The notes below the pieces were generated by a model. That model searched no databases. It had not been told where the DNA came from and worked only from the letters and a program-made list of their open reading frames with translations. DNA of 64,000 nucleotides from Bacilli bacterium. Lineage in GTDB: Bacteria; Bacillota_I; Bacilli_A; RFN20; DUOF01. The DNA lies in assembly GCA_045118975.1 (NCBI GenBank), contig JBGVCT010000009.1:278-64277 (forward strand), given 5' to 3'. How positions within the stretch are numbered: position 1 is the stretch's first letter; every line of letters begins with the position of its first letter. The position numbers and the translations under genes are program-made. This document shows positions 35,401 through 38,981 of this stretch, one piece after another.

Positions 35401-35483
35401 GCGAACATCAAAGCAATGTATTTAATCGCCTGCTTAAATACACCTATATTCTTTTTAGATTTTAACTTCGTTAACCCTATCAT
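11406..35483 (-). CDS. Giant (8025 aa) membrane-anchored surface protein with many Ig-like repeats; putative adhesin
   Basis: Uninterrupted ORF; SD GAGGAG; signal peptide ending NPVKA; many D-x-x-x-P / D-x-AGN Ig-like boundary motifs; YDG motifs; C-terminal TM (FTWVFYVLGVIGVIGGGFLIM) plus basic tail KLRKRVKAA; no LPxTG. Confidence 0.88.
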   Translation of the reverse strand: MIGLTKLKSKKNIGVFKQAIKYIALMFAFMLSMFVLEANPVKADIANASHNITSSDGTFNRSNGIYWFIGKKKSKEIYIKAKVGSSTTTECHLGTTDPYDDGDDDTFYYYIKVSRASGTDSSISNPTGNKQSGCTFNLSYGKGKSSTTVTMYLRTDGGCWGDCTYDWTETFYDKIPPYVSTAQFKYTNTSGITETKSINSLYDVVFPTGSLTLEIDAYSKIADKAMYAAIYDNTGNPVPINGQTNKYITCTKNNNHTSGTYHTNYKCTGSYNFSEGSFGSYKVYVGYSSSLSSNSTTKKTYSLSTFKVDTSRPVISKISYGGTDYTSGPITIYTKNSSVSLSVTAADNVGMKDMGGSGTNVTSTGKTSFNGQTSKTATVTLSLNNDVGTYSYVLTPTDAIGNGLGWIINIVYDKTGPSVNWEVSKNNGQIKVNADSDTANTYYINSYQDDGNGGNTTSILVKGTVPNASDLQGTPTCTVSSTTYASAGKYENGYCYTNISYSGSGSTSVDITIGNLKDKAGNSPGSGTVLKITVIVDNEKPQAAISFDDSGTMTINGTTYNKTSRNCTSQATYCVDPVISLSIKDNHWSSSNSNNSLTLNTRITGAISGGNVSLSSSFTKYKTTQTITATTVVNGLITAHGSGRVFKSNTPLTIYVENFYDKAGNYYCTKGQAECAITTSLYVSNEKPDMKMSYTSTTVHANIENPVNFTSSDNLKKAYLPHDTTGNVVIEQNNSSYNKANLYYDVEFAMIIGTCSTTTLTGFLNTSDVSFSGGCYVSTTKTGEKLSLSSSALSSLSNGEIVMAVTVYGSSADKVNKLRFYVVIDRKAPDVTGANGTITTSTFTDQGSTYGININSSKPTLGALINADSINDAPSDNSAKYNDLKNARGTNVSLLSYTYETQPEGGNKTTKANNDTVIHSIPKVSETAYGKVFVYITDFSGNSTSFTVNYDKRGVRFNMGFSNVLENNANNLQVSSSSETTFYFIKEAKIDAVFDNLGQNTVTVKKKVNSGAETTLLSNVGVGSTGNTVSNIFGGKITANTTLTITATDAYSNTNTIVYTFVKLDKTFHEHVKATAKNGLKLSNNPIDVKYVDEAEANGQYTLTLYLTKDANNKTLTSTISANSWKNYFSNTDKYNTSSVILSLGESSYTMTFKPSKEGNKILGCMPAGTTGVDCSGDNDTNIYTYTILVHFIDANSFTLDNEDFTAISVATGEAETYAFTRFKLKDAVNCSSDNASDTDGYCVNYKVTPSNVDLDSSVGTKITQTKSGTNITFAKGTGFKSGKYTLKITFKIIEKDGTTPHELYTLERKIEMYFTDTQISIIPSIVDSNVYYDMTQAVYNYDGTNLVNVNSGYKYTPASGKYNIMGINHRISSSKLEILNNSDAKIGEFSLTGSNDYETYYFSDLSTNNNKLYLHIVTTTEGISSATLTGTIIVSVYSSDYTLNSYEINASSAVKYEGKSMISIDPGSPVITAISTSKFYTVSIPANTLKFNQFTNKSSFEYKFINNVDVPTVKDNYKIFINDVENSNAPSVVVGDNLAIEVIIQNIHHEDLYYYSQGKAYSILNPANINFIGGTIFLRSDNGREYNFDEIDASSTSYDATAKELTIRFKFKVKRTWNNIDGIVFTRNVASGAHAHLGAEDTIALALSVINQVEVSAYKGFEKSFTNTSTSITYLANSNVISFTLTDTTSSFSYTNLDFTGANVILIFKEGNTIKKYVSLKEYATFEYEKVSIDGSSELAALSYNPSTYVDGGKISFNIDISSLPTGTLTFDNIRVILKEFKYCDALMSADFDVTVSGTHKFVSNDSISVSTQTKNLFVNSNSRNSITFTSTTTGITEESYLMVNSTDRLTTCNIVPVVNSTMILTFNITNCVGDYSYQQMRIHVVDRLGHGKTIVLNDSTAGDLNIFVDNTNPEFVSKLQRKNGTGTYGDGDLYYVLNSSSSITTNETVTYEITVSDGTGSGINPSSCKARSPSSNLNNSSCTYVSGKFYVTFDVNRYGSTNESNTQFSFTVEDNAGNKSTFEIDTNVKTKKLSQLDDSELKYEVSNATTCTIGELNKTYYCQQLATASGTPKMAFRIYSEDANFINYVKIASSGASTFYLQYNVKFKLDGTNVVTYLDSAAQSITSSVAANIITIVVNGATYKIPATKDKVLDTSGRMISAIDGNGIFTLPYKIPVAATLSGGSMEAIFNISSTEHIPPYAMATLVASLTDLRGTAFDVSLTPKHDYEIYLYGNDAANLKTAGNPYNAFKQYTANCLVDDSNCDIATQIFTESTMEELAKYKYTYTTKLDAGSSIIEKSHNVVFTTPTTASVITQSVSISVIQKEIELHLNFNTLHSDYGKNINIGIEYAYAIEADGSKTPLSTEEIAALKASYTFTLSNNGTPVAVLSPVTGSNGVPPVGSYDITVNSTSDKLTFSLGATYNDAYTVYRATLSFNLTGKDVDYFKYDGTTIGAELSATNQIVKIYDNSSYDHDHNNVYVVVNDFFAEGVDARLIAKTVTFPDKVVETDGKVRIELSDFITADAANYTVNLIPTISVADVGRIDPAQITIDLGAYITKNYDGTTTVYYSENVPQNNIVMYRYYNVDVPVRMPSVSSLAYFAADVNNEVEIVAKDGTTPTRNLFTTTDSNYLIDRVYGSITADNTSPELEVKVNNTHYDEDEFYYSSQTTNVSFTFSDNSAYSFTKDDVLLTITKVNSDETIEVPVAHSITISDLVILNGEYTGSFAIDSTLFAGFANNEFLKISVGIKDSNDNVTTKEFYLKIDTYTITNENVELNLSEPTPGSAASESTVINGQDFVVTINVPTLIKSLNSSTIEIYPINPAGDNIVEESVIDIETRKCEYLTDFVTFTSVITCRGSFKNNSAGNPQYMNGIKVIVSNLSLSTYYGATNNTTVTLEKVYEYVNVDFKTEGIAKIHSIIIDGEEITPENPGDRIHGKFNSLIVKFLLTGQLINASDSSSAINLLGNDLPVGSATNSCEYKTYTGDENYYIECSINKFNFENDHLYALTLSGSITYKSNGLYQKNDISALSRNSTIFTNGLYVDTRSFKPTLTFVDSYRLNGATAQFEFSCGKDAEYVDCALVDKTYIILDGSRVAADNENVRVSDNRIIISGLTKRTTKYTIALAKGAIVDKAGNESLVTDEYKLDNSGIAISSIVYTDTSGKTLTNGTVLSDGKTINVAINFNKTVNEYGIIYVTYRFGTTADPRTISGTIVNSVLRASIAIDSNDSGEFRIISVNNPEGALYDSTKFVATEILWAGASTGISADTSGPRLTAKPTITSSSVTVNDDGKYYLNTQTLKTAGIDFAFSEPLSKVVIEIVMTNGMGAKITRTFENISTVRIPLATEMFSQDGIPTFAYTITMTDRSGNTYVDTQYANEEMNIVVDRELPVVTLENPTIAVNVNTLTGVGNTYTISGYAYSVSETATYVASASNNPNVLVNSANNTMSYIFAYNDNPRVVKLIIPAGIYVDLAGNASEEVVVQIDVKEDSYTLSPYIYLEYNAKQANRILDGDNEYIYYVNDYSVLYFASDVELITSNYSVFSVYESFYRYIPSQDDVTVSVDGVVSIKIPENTFTAAGVANSEKIFKYILISEETTLTQKVTSSEGTVTEGNPKIVLNATDKITFILEYNNPIIVAPGIIYSVGTAKYTIVRYTYTYDSANGVHVYTYQDEINLSQYGEVALVSFDNVTGAMDVLYNNILLSPNANLGYAVDNEGFTPILELVKERSSNSSATFKIVCDKATYVNCEITNKNVISVTGNKEVVLNADKTITINGLGSEVYTIILGAGAMFDMAGNPNNSSTYTLDNSRVAIGGVSVTSSTGAVNVFYTKEPFTVEVAINAASKGIDMVGVIPTLNYKIGAKSYSIDGEAIPMNSTLAFTIIPDATLYVGDNGPFAITSIVLDRPIKDTIAYNFANTFTSETDPLFIKEYSEAFIDSTPVGFAAGDYATINVTGVAKQDGVYYLRRETLANAVLTIRFDSRISSKSTVTVYLGEVSVITTPVNIDQTYTFITVNLQSFTNLVDGELEITKIDYSLYDAAGNYSQGSINGSEVKGDEIIYDGTAPVVVGVTIDGGDNTIIPNESIRYELFVDEQYPVNAPGVKYYYTVTYPNAGNYNPIVLAGAVVDKAGNQSVQVTFTGVTIYVSDDKPALSITNIAYLNKDESRVYYFGERPQNEIEITTSDGSILTCILTPDGCGSYISIDDGKLVINADVYEDQYGNKNVRMPTEYVFIDDSAPFAVDPGNINKENAVEVNGKYLVSDYVSTEYSITFTASRWIKSINFGVLTRNEGDRSYTWTYTNASFDKNSTVKITDYSGEEIALLNVVFDNDKPELRFEQQEYAFNAEQTITFEYTLTDEVYSIRNTDIKCSVNNLAECNDVNKVFTITTTNSYTQYVLTIPEGYYKDTIGNLSPEVTILIKIVAGPIFVPYVIDPFNPFAYSIPLSKVDNGATYYYVKDLDDVIFATIGVGTIENISNTLTSGYQYMTGKLVYTGTIEKGTNTLTIPSAAASVNNIPNVVQTFNFIVYDTVDDVTLSDNFPTVKTYKNEEDTLVLEYTFTNRDVIAVNGVPSLMIKVGTTTIPVDEVILNGNTLTYKYMPSSGHNGDLQILGFSPLGNNQPTLYDKAYNPLNEVDIAEMTNYHIDTDFVDYPTITVEANGCIKSTNITNGHITYYCNESVDKLIVTVDGVEADITNNLVLTINGSAYGAFVNDGVSEIPLAGLIGELTIDISGTLVDKANNVTEVHEVFDNIVSVEGGYIVTMTLDAGNVLISQRTLMPTLTIRNNIGIYDDIIDKLNNKDKYGLWCEGDSEDQLCTTIPGLTNLTITTVRSGENVVVSLAGTIDSNYTVAKDAWIRFVESVPYYRVVSNKFTFDNIKPTIMEASIVNGIAHNGKTYLDDNTSSTLTFNVEFNRLLGENPIVYLGTDAVNAIDVTRYSTITLNGEVYTITINNDGIRAVHSSNKFDRSDNIIKVTLGMTGVNKVYAVETINQFSTYIDRTAPVVEFDTIADNEEHKIPVANIRVSDPTVDASGVYAIKYEACSSVNTTECVTLVPEDNYLDISIVEDGNRILKVTVEDNVGNIGVYSTRLFVDRTAPVTTLVNMSYNKTSLELTIRIEDALSPIIDDVSYCITSQSGECLAPAWAKAGANGIVIIEYDLTNELLINYRDFKVTVNPMSDDVGNANEGFVITNLTLDDYFDGFTDGKHNYLSATTVEEEHRAITVGDVFGTKTYDVVLDENVYVTNVLNLPEGVYATFNANSNVVTISSSKDIALNDTIEFTVNVRFIEADHKYANKITASYPIKITNVHVNTTPVSEEDIRTTFVAPQEGDTATTIEDSVMITRGETVKTITPNYTSCSALDSVVGTCVLTYTVEENSGWKYRINKTISVAEAIDITVGGASEDIYVMNEQNHSVIYTENTTAPITITHGELANTHYVFVNMISSHGTASRDGNNYILPLGTTAITYGYYTSENVMLLVTYRYLVVDLRLTNAQIDSNVYNITHSIDVSKLFNDYATYGYTATYVVELGGEVFTFNTETPLNTYNIYFEGNTLVLTNIFDGVFDITITAYLNDSTNTNIVAALLEGVRFDNGIHGDEYEVIGPDNSLPTKNREIVITLWCNRDYQDECLYTHEGGVLPTVEDHVYTFVFVEDENGTYTYTFHDDAGNSIDIVREIDNVDNFAPVYHSFEYTNCTLIDGIYYCKNPAFTLNVTEEIDETKPTNTVSGINTYRFGYYPDGGDKWLSVPVANGANISLESGIVYTLIAEVTDFAGNATEIELLRNVQLADSEIVFELPTINPYTNKITKPNVTSHIKDNPSKNIDIIKMELFINDEFIKDIVADEENIYYTDLGINKDIANAEIYFRIVDVLGNEYISGEYKTNIDITSPTVAVNGYSDSLYYNVDSGVYYISHNIAMAQELEFLANEGIKSITVNINPVGGYIANGATLSLIARVYGAGYTNVKEQSLALSVVDANLVVTVTDEAGNVSEELVVRIVVDEDNPFVDYHMTVTTTRGIEVDYNAPVYSTTKNIYDVDSTSKDVTTFVLTESNVVVKLNGGLRDVTSGLSKACLFNATELDPSLIATCQNNNYAYLYPNGNAATYMVSEGTFIMYVVDNVGNSYTHKYVFVNVSRGIDFSIAKSSTGITGGHVTLTATINAEASDYESIIWYMYDQEEFKEVETSVLEYVARENGRYRACVTSIYGVEKCSDDIIITNIDHSDIVTPGFKPVFDAHASSATGAKVVGTYFSSTKTEGRLIFTLPKITSTLSEISVTASYTKNNGGTIIPLQSTIIRAEGFCDYDSSKYCYDEDATRTYEINVADLHLVNGDKIKLVVTMNAANQEVGVESVPLELTYIDGNNYTAAEILLSQSPDLQVDLANNGYYKTIYVKLSSITMTYTIDVPGTVLNTFDDMEISDEVYLPVTYQGYFNSLMLTITDVFGNEVEITNINLTSGFTIDNTKDSIITNEDIPSELPSTNDNNAYVKYEAYQGEGKNYIKITGLDNYHTELRVYGDSTMTDLIGTITNYNSTNSLTFEYRQFYIRVVDKAQNESDLSDVFVVTNFSNLPSATYTYEFTQTTDGAAATIRLKSILTNVVNHTVLGYLECSINPQTQQPECYDDIKDGTNPDSLVLAFIKPADIEDLSSLVGKYIKVYALDTRGNLYYYLHDEIDLRSVNISAPVITNNSGIVHNGVTYNGNNTLIYNQTTQIINVESNVKTVQFIVIDKGKSGQNITVETSAQFKTAFETPGIAKRADIITATVFDESKGYYVSTITLNITDNSEYVMYMLATDTDAAGNVIKSRVFKLYFRIDTIAPIITYDGQELNEETIYNALGATGIKFIGSDNRDSERNYIMYKLDAAPMSQATNNTVEITIRTNGTHVLEICDLDNNSQCLNVNRYTIKVDADEAEILLTYNEAPIDNSSMGYSVFLQGVGQIPTFATNITIEDIGFDYVEVIVKAGAISYRFTYSTSLGYVYKRGETYTPISIPVNNGGVSIVDTNGELVFYDLSTVESTDTMITLDGVNYTLNREGETIISLTPYTPHENTITDLPLRVLITLAMANSPYIPDIEYITGITMEVYDHRNIGSSTLSKTFDFANPVINTPTTSSKNLYTIYTSLDYLSDKSYRYVFTDSTDGYAVEKATSRLVICNTNASDYESKCKSNNVGLYLQVVKTERASSETLLKVLKEILRFDGVAYDSLSATQKARVYLYYTGSIEGQPHTDGLKEDDTESYALTQLMTTGSYNFYVQYTDEFGNTSYYYLPIIVEDTIAPTFSVGTNDVSQNISITDRGDGEYARLAISDFSYSDNYYKDDGLTCGVVVAYSSTPSHTFDSIPCGVNTELIYDGLTYASYVDGVFLFYFSGTYEVTFTLTDGGYVRNGRTVVNTATKHYTLTVKDNTAPKITRLDVDTSKGYTVSGNVITMGNFEYSDIKNTGISLTRAITNITVSEPNQIYGVYNLSVFEYSASDSRLGSSPLESNGENMLATALSNGDAFRPRSLGRYKLVYKIYNASNLTLYATITFNLNVINTKIPEFEIIDSGLAQNDNVSNHLDGKTYNAYAEVSADNKLLFTQLTEERLNKISIKVTDAFEGEIYNGLITGSPSKTCVQSNAGSDVGKYTGTYKCTYKYEGSADDPLVIIVTVYLNDNIAPTIDTMNQTFHVSTVRVSQSLPLCSDNANSLYSSDSTCTIKYKAPGASNYVKYTSKLNLSLVDGENKLIFYAEDRAGNYSAEYTYTFILDRNDPIIDLYGANEHQPSDVEYMNWCAQTDPANCILNSATGSYTLDEVIKFVHFAVRDDNINTIELERFNGVGYEPVVTTVVSEYIDENGNIIGTGLYKLTAVDKAGNPKIVEFYVYKKVLNENGKPTISVEQNVGGEITSVPMEYREIHLIKYDTSKQSIPYSTNKTALDNIKVSDGVHVIGMNGENFRYIRKYNGSDIHNLSTSIKLNDPIALDSIIEINGQAYLMIILVENDDGNGNVEKPEEDTTNTGASSQGGGSFTWVFYVLGVIGVIGGGFLIMKLRKRVKAA

Positions 35484-35565
35484 AATCCATCACTCCTCAT
35501 AGATATTCCTATTTTAACATTCTCATATTAATGAAATTAATATATTCGGTCATTTTTTTTATAAA

Positions 35566-35575
35566 TTTGTCGAAA
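35566..35575 (+). promoter_or_regulatory. Putative Spo0A box (TTTGTCGAAA)
   Basis: Exact TGTCGAA at 35568-35574 in the divergent intergenic region between the giant gene and the spore-coat genes. Confidence 0.55.
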
Positions 35576-35654
35576 GATAAGTTTGGGGTATAAATTTATA
35601 ATTTATGTGCACAATAATTTTAGAAGTTATAGAAAGGTAAAAGGTAATAAAAAA

Positions 35655-35858
35655 ATGGATGAAAATTATAGCTTAAGTCCTAAGGATTGTCTCTACATTA
35701 GTGACTTATTAAATCACACTTCAAATTTCATAAAGAAAACTAGTTATTATTATGAAATTGCAATGGAGGAAGATGTTAAGAATCTTTTAGAAGATCTTAA
35801 CATCTTATTACTAACACAATACGATGATTTAGTTAGCATGTACGAGGGGGCAAATTAA
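35655..35858 (+). CDS. Small spore-coat-associated protein (partner of the Coat F protein)
   Basis: LSPKDCLYISDLL...KK..YY pattern resembles the small ORFs found before Coat F genes; stop overlaps next start (TAATG); start re-assigned to MDENY. Confidence 0.6.
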   Translation: MDENYSLSPKDCLYISDLLNHTSNFIKKTSYYYEIAMEEDVKNLLEDLNILLLTQYDDLVSMYEGAN

Positions 35859-36142
35859 TGAATAATTTAACAGACAAAGAGATGCTTATTGATGTATTAA
35901 CTACATTAAAATCACTTGCGGGCATCTATCATCATTTCAGCATTGAAGCAAGTAACGATTTTGTCTTTGATATTGCCTATGATTTACAAGATGAAATCCT
36001 AAGTGAACAAAGGGAATGTTATAACAAACTTTTAGAGCATGGATGGTATAAAAAAGAGGTTGCACCAAGAAGCAAAATTAATCAAGAATTAGTTAAGTTT
36101 GAAACCGCTAGAAGTGAACTTGATGAATACTATCTAGGCTAA
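35858..36142 (+). CDS. Coat F domain spore coat protein
   Basis: LTDKEMLIDVLTTLK...Y....EASN...HGWY is typical of Coat F. Confidence 0.8.
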   Translation: MNNLTDKEMLIDVLTTLKSLAGIYHHFSIEASNDFVFDIAYDLQDEILSEQRECYNKLLEHGWYKKEVAPRSKINQELVKFETARSELDEYYLG

Positions 36143-36198
36143 TTAATTAGTAAACTTTTCTCTCCTTATGAATATACTTACTATAGGGAGATGAATAC

Positions 36199-36612
36199 AT
36201 GGATACAAATCAATATCAATATGCCATTCCTTATCCAAATGGCACGCCTAATGCACCCTACCCACCATCTGGACAATACGCTCCAAACACACCACCATTA
36301 GCCACAAATCCAAATTACAACACTAATACACCCTATCAACAACCATATAACAAACCTATAACACAAAACGAAGAATCCTACATTGAAAACATTATCAGAT
36401 TAAACAGAGGTAAGCTCGCAACATTTTATATGAGTTATAGTGATTCAAATGAATGGAGAGATAGGGTTTATAAAGGAATTATTGAAGCAGCCGGAGTAGA
36501 TCACATTATTATAAGTGATCCTCGAGATGGAAAAAGATACATTTTATTAAATATATATCTTGACTGGGTAGAGTTTAATGAAGAAATAAATTATGACTAT
36601 CCATTAAGATAA
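36199..36612 (+). CDS. gerQ: Spore coat protein GerQ
   Basis: P/Q/Y-rich N-terminus, EESYIENIIRLNRGKLATFYM, GIIEAAG.DHIIISDP..GKRY.LL.IYLD.V.F.EEINY. Confidence 0.92.
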   Translation: MDTNQYQYAIPYPNGTPNAPYPPSGQYAPNTPPLATNPNYNTNTPYQQPYNKPITQNEESYIENIIRLNRGKLATFYMSYSDSNEWRDRVYKGIIEAAGVDHIIISDPRDGKRYILLNIYLDWVEFNEEINYDYPLR

Positions 36613-36641
36613 AAGAGTAAGAGCCAGTCTCTTGCTTTTTT
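36611..36641 (+). terminator. Intrinsic terminator after gerQ
   Basis: AGTAAGAG-ccagt-CTCTTGCT followed by a T-run. Confidence 0.7.
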
Positions 36642-36706
36642 ATTGTCTTTTTTCTTTAATTGTTTTATTTTTCTACGCTATAATATTTTTGCGAGGTGTA
36701 TTAAAG

Positions 36707-37540
36707 ATGAATAATGAAAGAAAAGTTGCAATTATGTATGATTTTGATGACACACTAGCTCCTGGAAATATGCAAGAATATGCTTTTATTCCAAATCTAG
36801 AAATTAACGCTAGTGAATTCTGGCATCATTGTGCAGTTTTAGCAGAAACTCATAATATGGATAGTGTTTTAGCATATATGTATATGATGGTTAATTTAGC
36901 TAAACAAAAGAATTTAAAAATTAATAAGCATGAATTCTATAAGCAAGGAGAAATAATCACTTTCTTTAATGGAGTAGAAACTTGGTTTAAAAGAATTAAT
37001 GATTATGGTAAATCTTTAGGACTTGAAGTTGAACACTATGTTATCTCTTGTGGGCTAAAAGAAATTATCGAAGGAACTAAAATTGCAAAAGAATTCAAAC
37101 GTATATTTGCATGTGGATTTGCCTATGACGAAGAAGACACACCATTTTGGCCAAATCATGCGATAAATTATACAAGTAAAACTCAATACATCTATCGAAT
37201 TAGAAAGCAACAATTAGATAACTTATATGATTCATATGAATTAAATGAATATATCAATGATAGAAGTCTTCTTATCCCTCACACTAATTTAATTTATGTA
37301 GGTGATGGAGAAACTGATGTCCCTTGTATGAAAATTGTTAAAAATGAGGGTGGACATTCTATTTCTGTATATAACCCAAATAAGGAAAAGAAAATGAAGA
37401 TTGCCCAAAAATTATACAACGATAATCGAGTTAACTTTATAGCACCTGCAGATTATAGTGAAAACTCAAAAATGGAAAATATTATTAAATCAATTTTAGA
37501 TCAAGTAGCAATCAAAAACACATTAGACTCATATAAATAA
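36707..37540 (+). CDS. HAD-family hydrolase
   Basis: YDFDDTL motif I, ISCG motif II, K motif III, YVGDGETDVP motif IV; start re-assigned after GAGGTG. Confidence 0.9.
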   Translation: MNNERKVAIMYDFDDTLAPGNMQEYAFIPNLEINASEFWHHCAVLAETHNMDSVLAYMYMMVNLAKQKNLKINKHEFYKQGEIITFFNGVETWFKRINDYGKSLGLEVEHYVISCGLKEIIEGTKIAKEFKRIFACGFAYDEEDTPFWPNHAINYTSKTQYIYRIRKQQLDNLYDSYELNEYINDRSLLIPHTNLIYVGDGETDVPCMKIVKNEGGHSISVYNPNKEKKMKIAQKLYNDNRVNFIAPADYSENSKMENIIKSILDQVAIKNTLDSYK

Positions 37541-37570
37541 AAAAGGATGACTTAAAGTCATCTTTTTTTT
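37539..37570. terminator. Bidirectional terminator
   Basis: AAAAAAGGATGACT-taa-AGTCATCTTTTTTTT between convergent genes. Confidence 0.85.
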
Positions 37571-38981
37571 ATCCTTTATATTTATATAACACTGAAGGTC
37601 TATGCCCTCCAGTTTTTCTAGTCTTGTTACTTTTAATAACCTTGTTTTCTATTTCTCTTCTAAAAACTGGATCAATTAGTTTTTTATCTAATATTGCCTC
37701 ATATACAAGTTGCAATTCTTTTAAAGTAAAATACTTAGGCATCATATGGAAAACAATATCTGTATACTCCACTTTATTTTTAAGTCTAACAATACTTGTA
37801 ACAATTGCATTAAGATGATCAAATGCTAAATACTCATTATTTACATCTTCATATTTTACTATTCCCCATTTATTAACAGTCTCTTTAACTACACACTCAA
37901 AACTAGTTTCATCATTATAAAACTTAATAGTAATAATATCCTTATCTTGATTAACATCAATATTAAAGAAACAAGCATTACTCTTTAATTCTTGATTAAG
38001 CTTATTTTTATCTACAAGACCTAAATATGCACTAGATAACACTCTAGTTCTAGGATCTCTATCCACCGAAGAAAAAGTATACAATTGCTCTAAATAAATA
38101 TTATCTAGATTAGTCTCTGCAAATAAGACTCTTCTAGCACAATCTTCTAACTCTTCATCAAGCGAAACAAATCCACCTGGCAAACAATATTTATTTATAA
38201 ATGGGTGAGTGTTTCTTTTTACTAAAAGCACACTAAATACTTTCTTATTTAATTCCCTATATGATTCCTTTTTAATATCACTAACACTAAACAAAACTAT
38301 ATCTGTAGTAATAGACATTTTTTCATAGTCACTACTTTTATAAGTTGAGTAGAATTCTTCTTCATTTCTAGAGTCACTAACATCCTCTTTATATCCCTTT
38401 TTATAAAAGCCCTTGTCGTTTATATAATCATAAACTTCTTTATCCAAGTATTTTTTATAATCAAAAGAAATATCATTATAATAAAAATCTCTAATCTCAC
38501 TACTTGAAACAGAGTTAGTAACAACGTTACTAGCTATCACTATCTCACCTTTATAAGAATTATACTTTTCTAGCTCTTCTTTATAATCAATATCTCTATC
38601 AATTATAATTAAATTATAATTGTCTAATATATAATCATACTTTTTCCAAGTATCAAAACCCTTTAAATTATCTGCACCCATTATAAAATACAAAGAGTCA
38701 TTTTTATAAATACTTTGAAGATAATCTAGACTCCTATAAGTAGAAATTAAATTGTTTTTAAATTCATAATCACTTATCTCTACTCTTTTATCATCTTTAA
38801 ACGCTAACTCTAGCATTTTCATTCTATATTTACCATCAAGTAAATTACTCTTTTTATAATAGTTTCCAGTAGGCAATAAAATAATTTTATCAACATAACC
38901 TTTATCTAAAAGTGAAGTCACTATTTCTTTGTGCATTATATGAATTGGATTAAAACTACCACCATAAACTCCTATTTTCAT
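37569..38981 (-). CDS. nadD: Fusion: nicotinate-nucleotide adenylyltransferase (NadD) + NrtR-type Nudix/wHTH regulator
   Basis: N-term GGSFNPIHIMH, FIMGADN, SSSEIR; C-term LPGGFV, LEQLYTFS..DRDPR.RV, LAFDH, FTLKELQ.VYEAIL...FRR, GGHRPS.LY. Confidence 0.9.
   Translation of the reverse strand: MKIGVYGGSFNPIHIMHKEIVTSLLDKGYVDKIILLPTGNYYKKSNLLDGKYRMKMLELAFKDDKRVEISDYEFKNNLISTYRSLDYLQSIYKNDSLYFIMGADNLKGFDTWKKYDYILDNYNLIIIDRDIDYKEELEKYNSYKGEIVIASNVVTNSVSSSEIRDFYYNDISFDYKKYLDKEVYDYINDKGFYKKGYKEDVSDSRNEEEFYSTYKSSDYEKMSITTDIVLFSVSDIKKESYRELNKKVFSVLLVKRNTHPFINKYCLPGGFVSLDEELEDCARRVLFAETNLDNIYLEQLYTFSSVDRDPRTRVLSSAYLGLVDKNKLNQELKSNACFFNIDVNQDKDIITIKFYNDETSFECVVKETVNKWGIVKYEDVNNEYLAFDHLNAIVTSIVRLKNKVEYTDIVFHMMPKYFTLKELQLVYEAILDKKLIDPVFRREIENKVIKSNKTRKTGGHRPSVLYKYKG

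Noticed and set aside
36707-37540. HAD hydrolase as a member of the NAD operon (NMN nucleotidase)
   Set aside because: Opposite strand, own promoter, separated by a terminator; substrate cannot be inferred from sequence.
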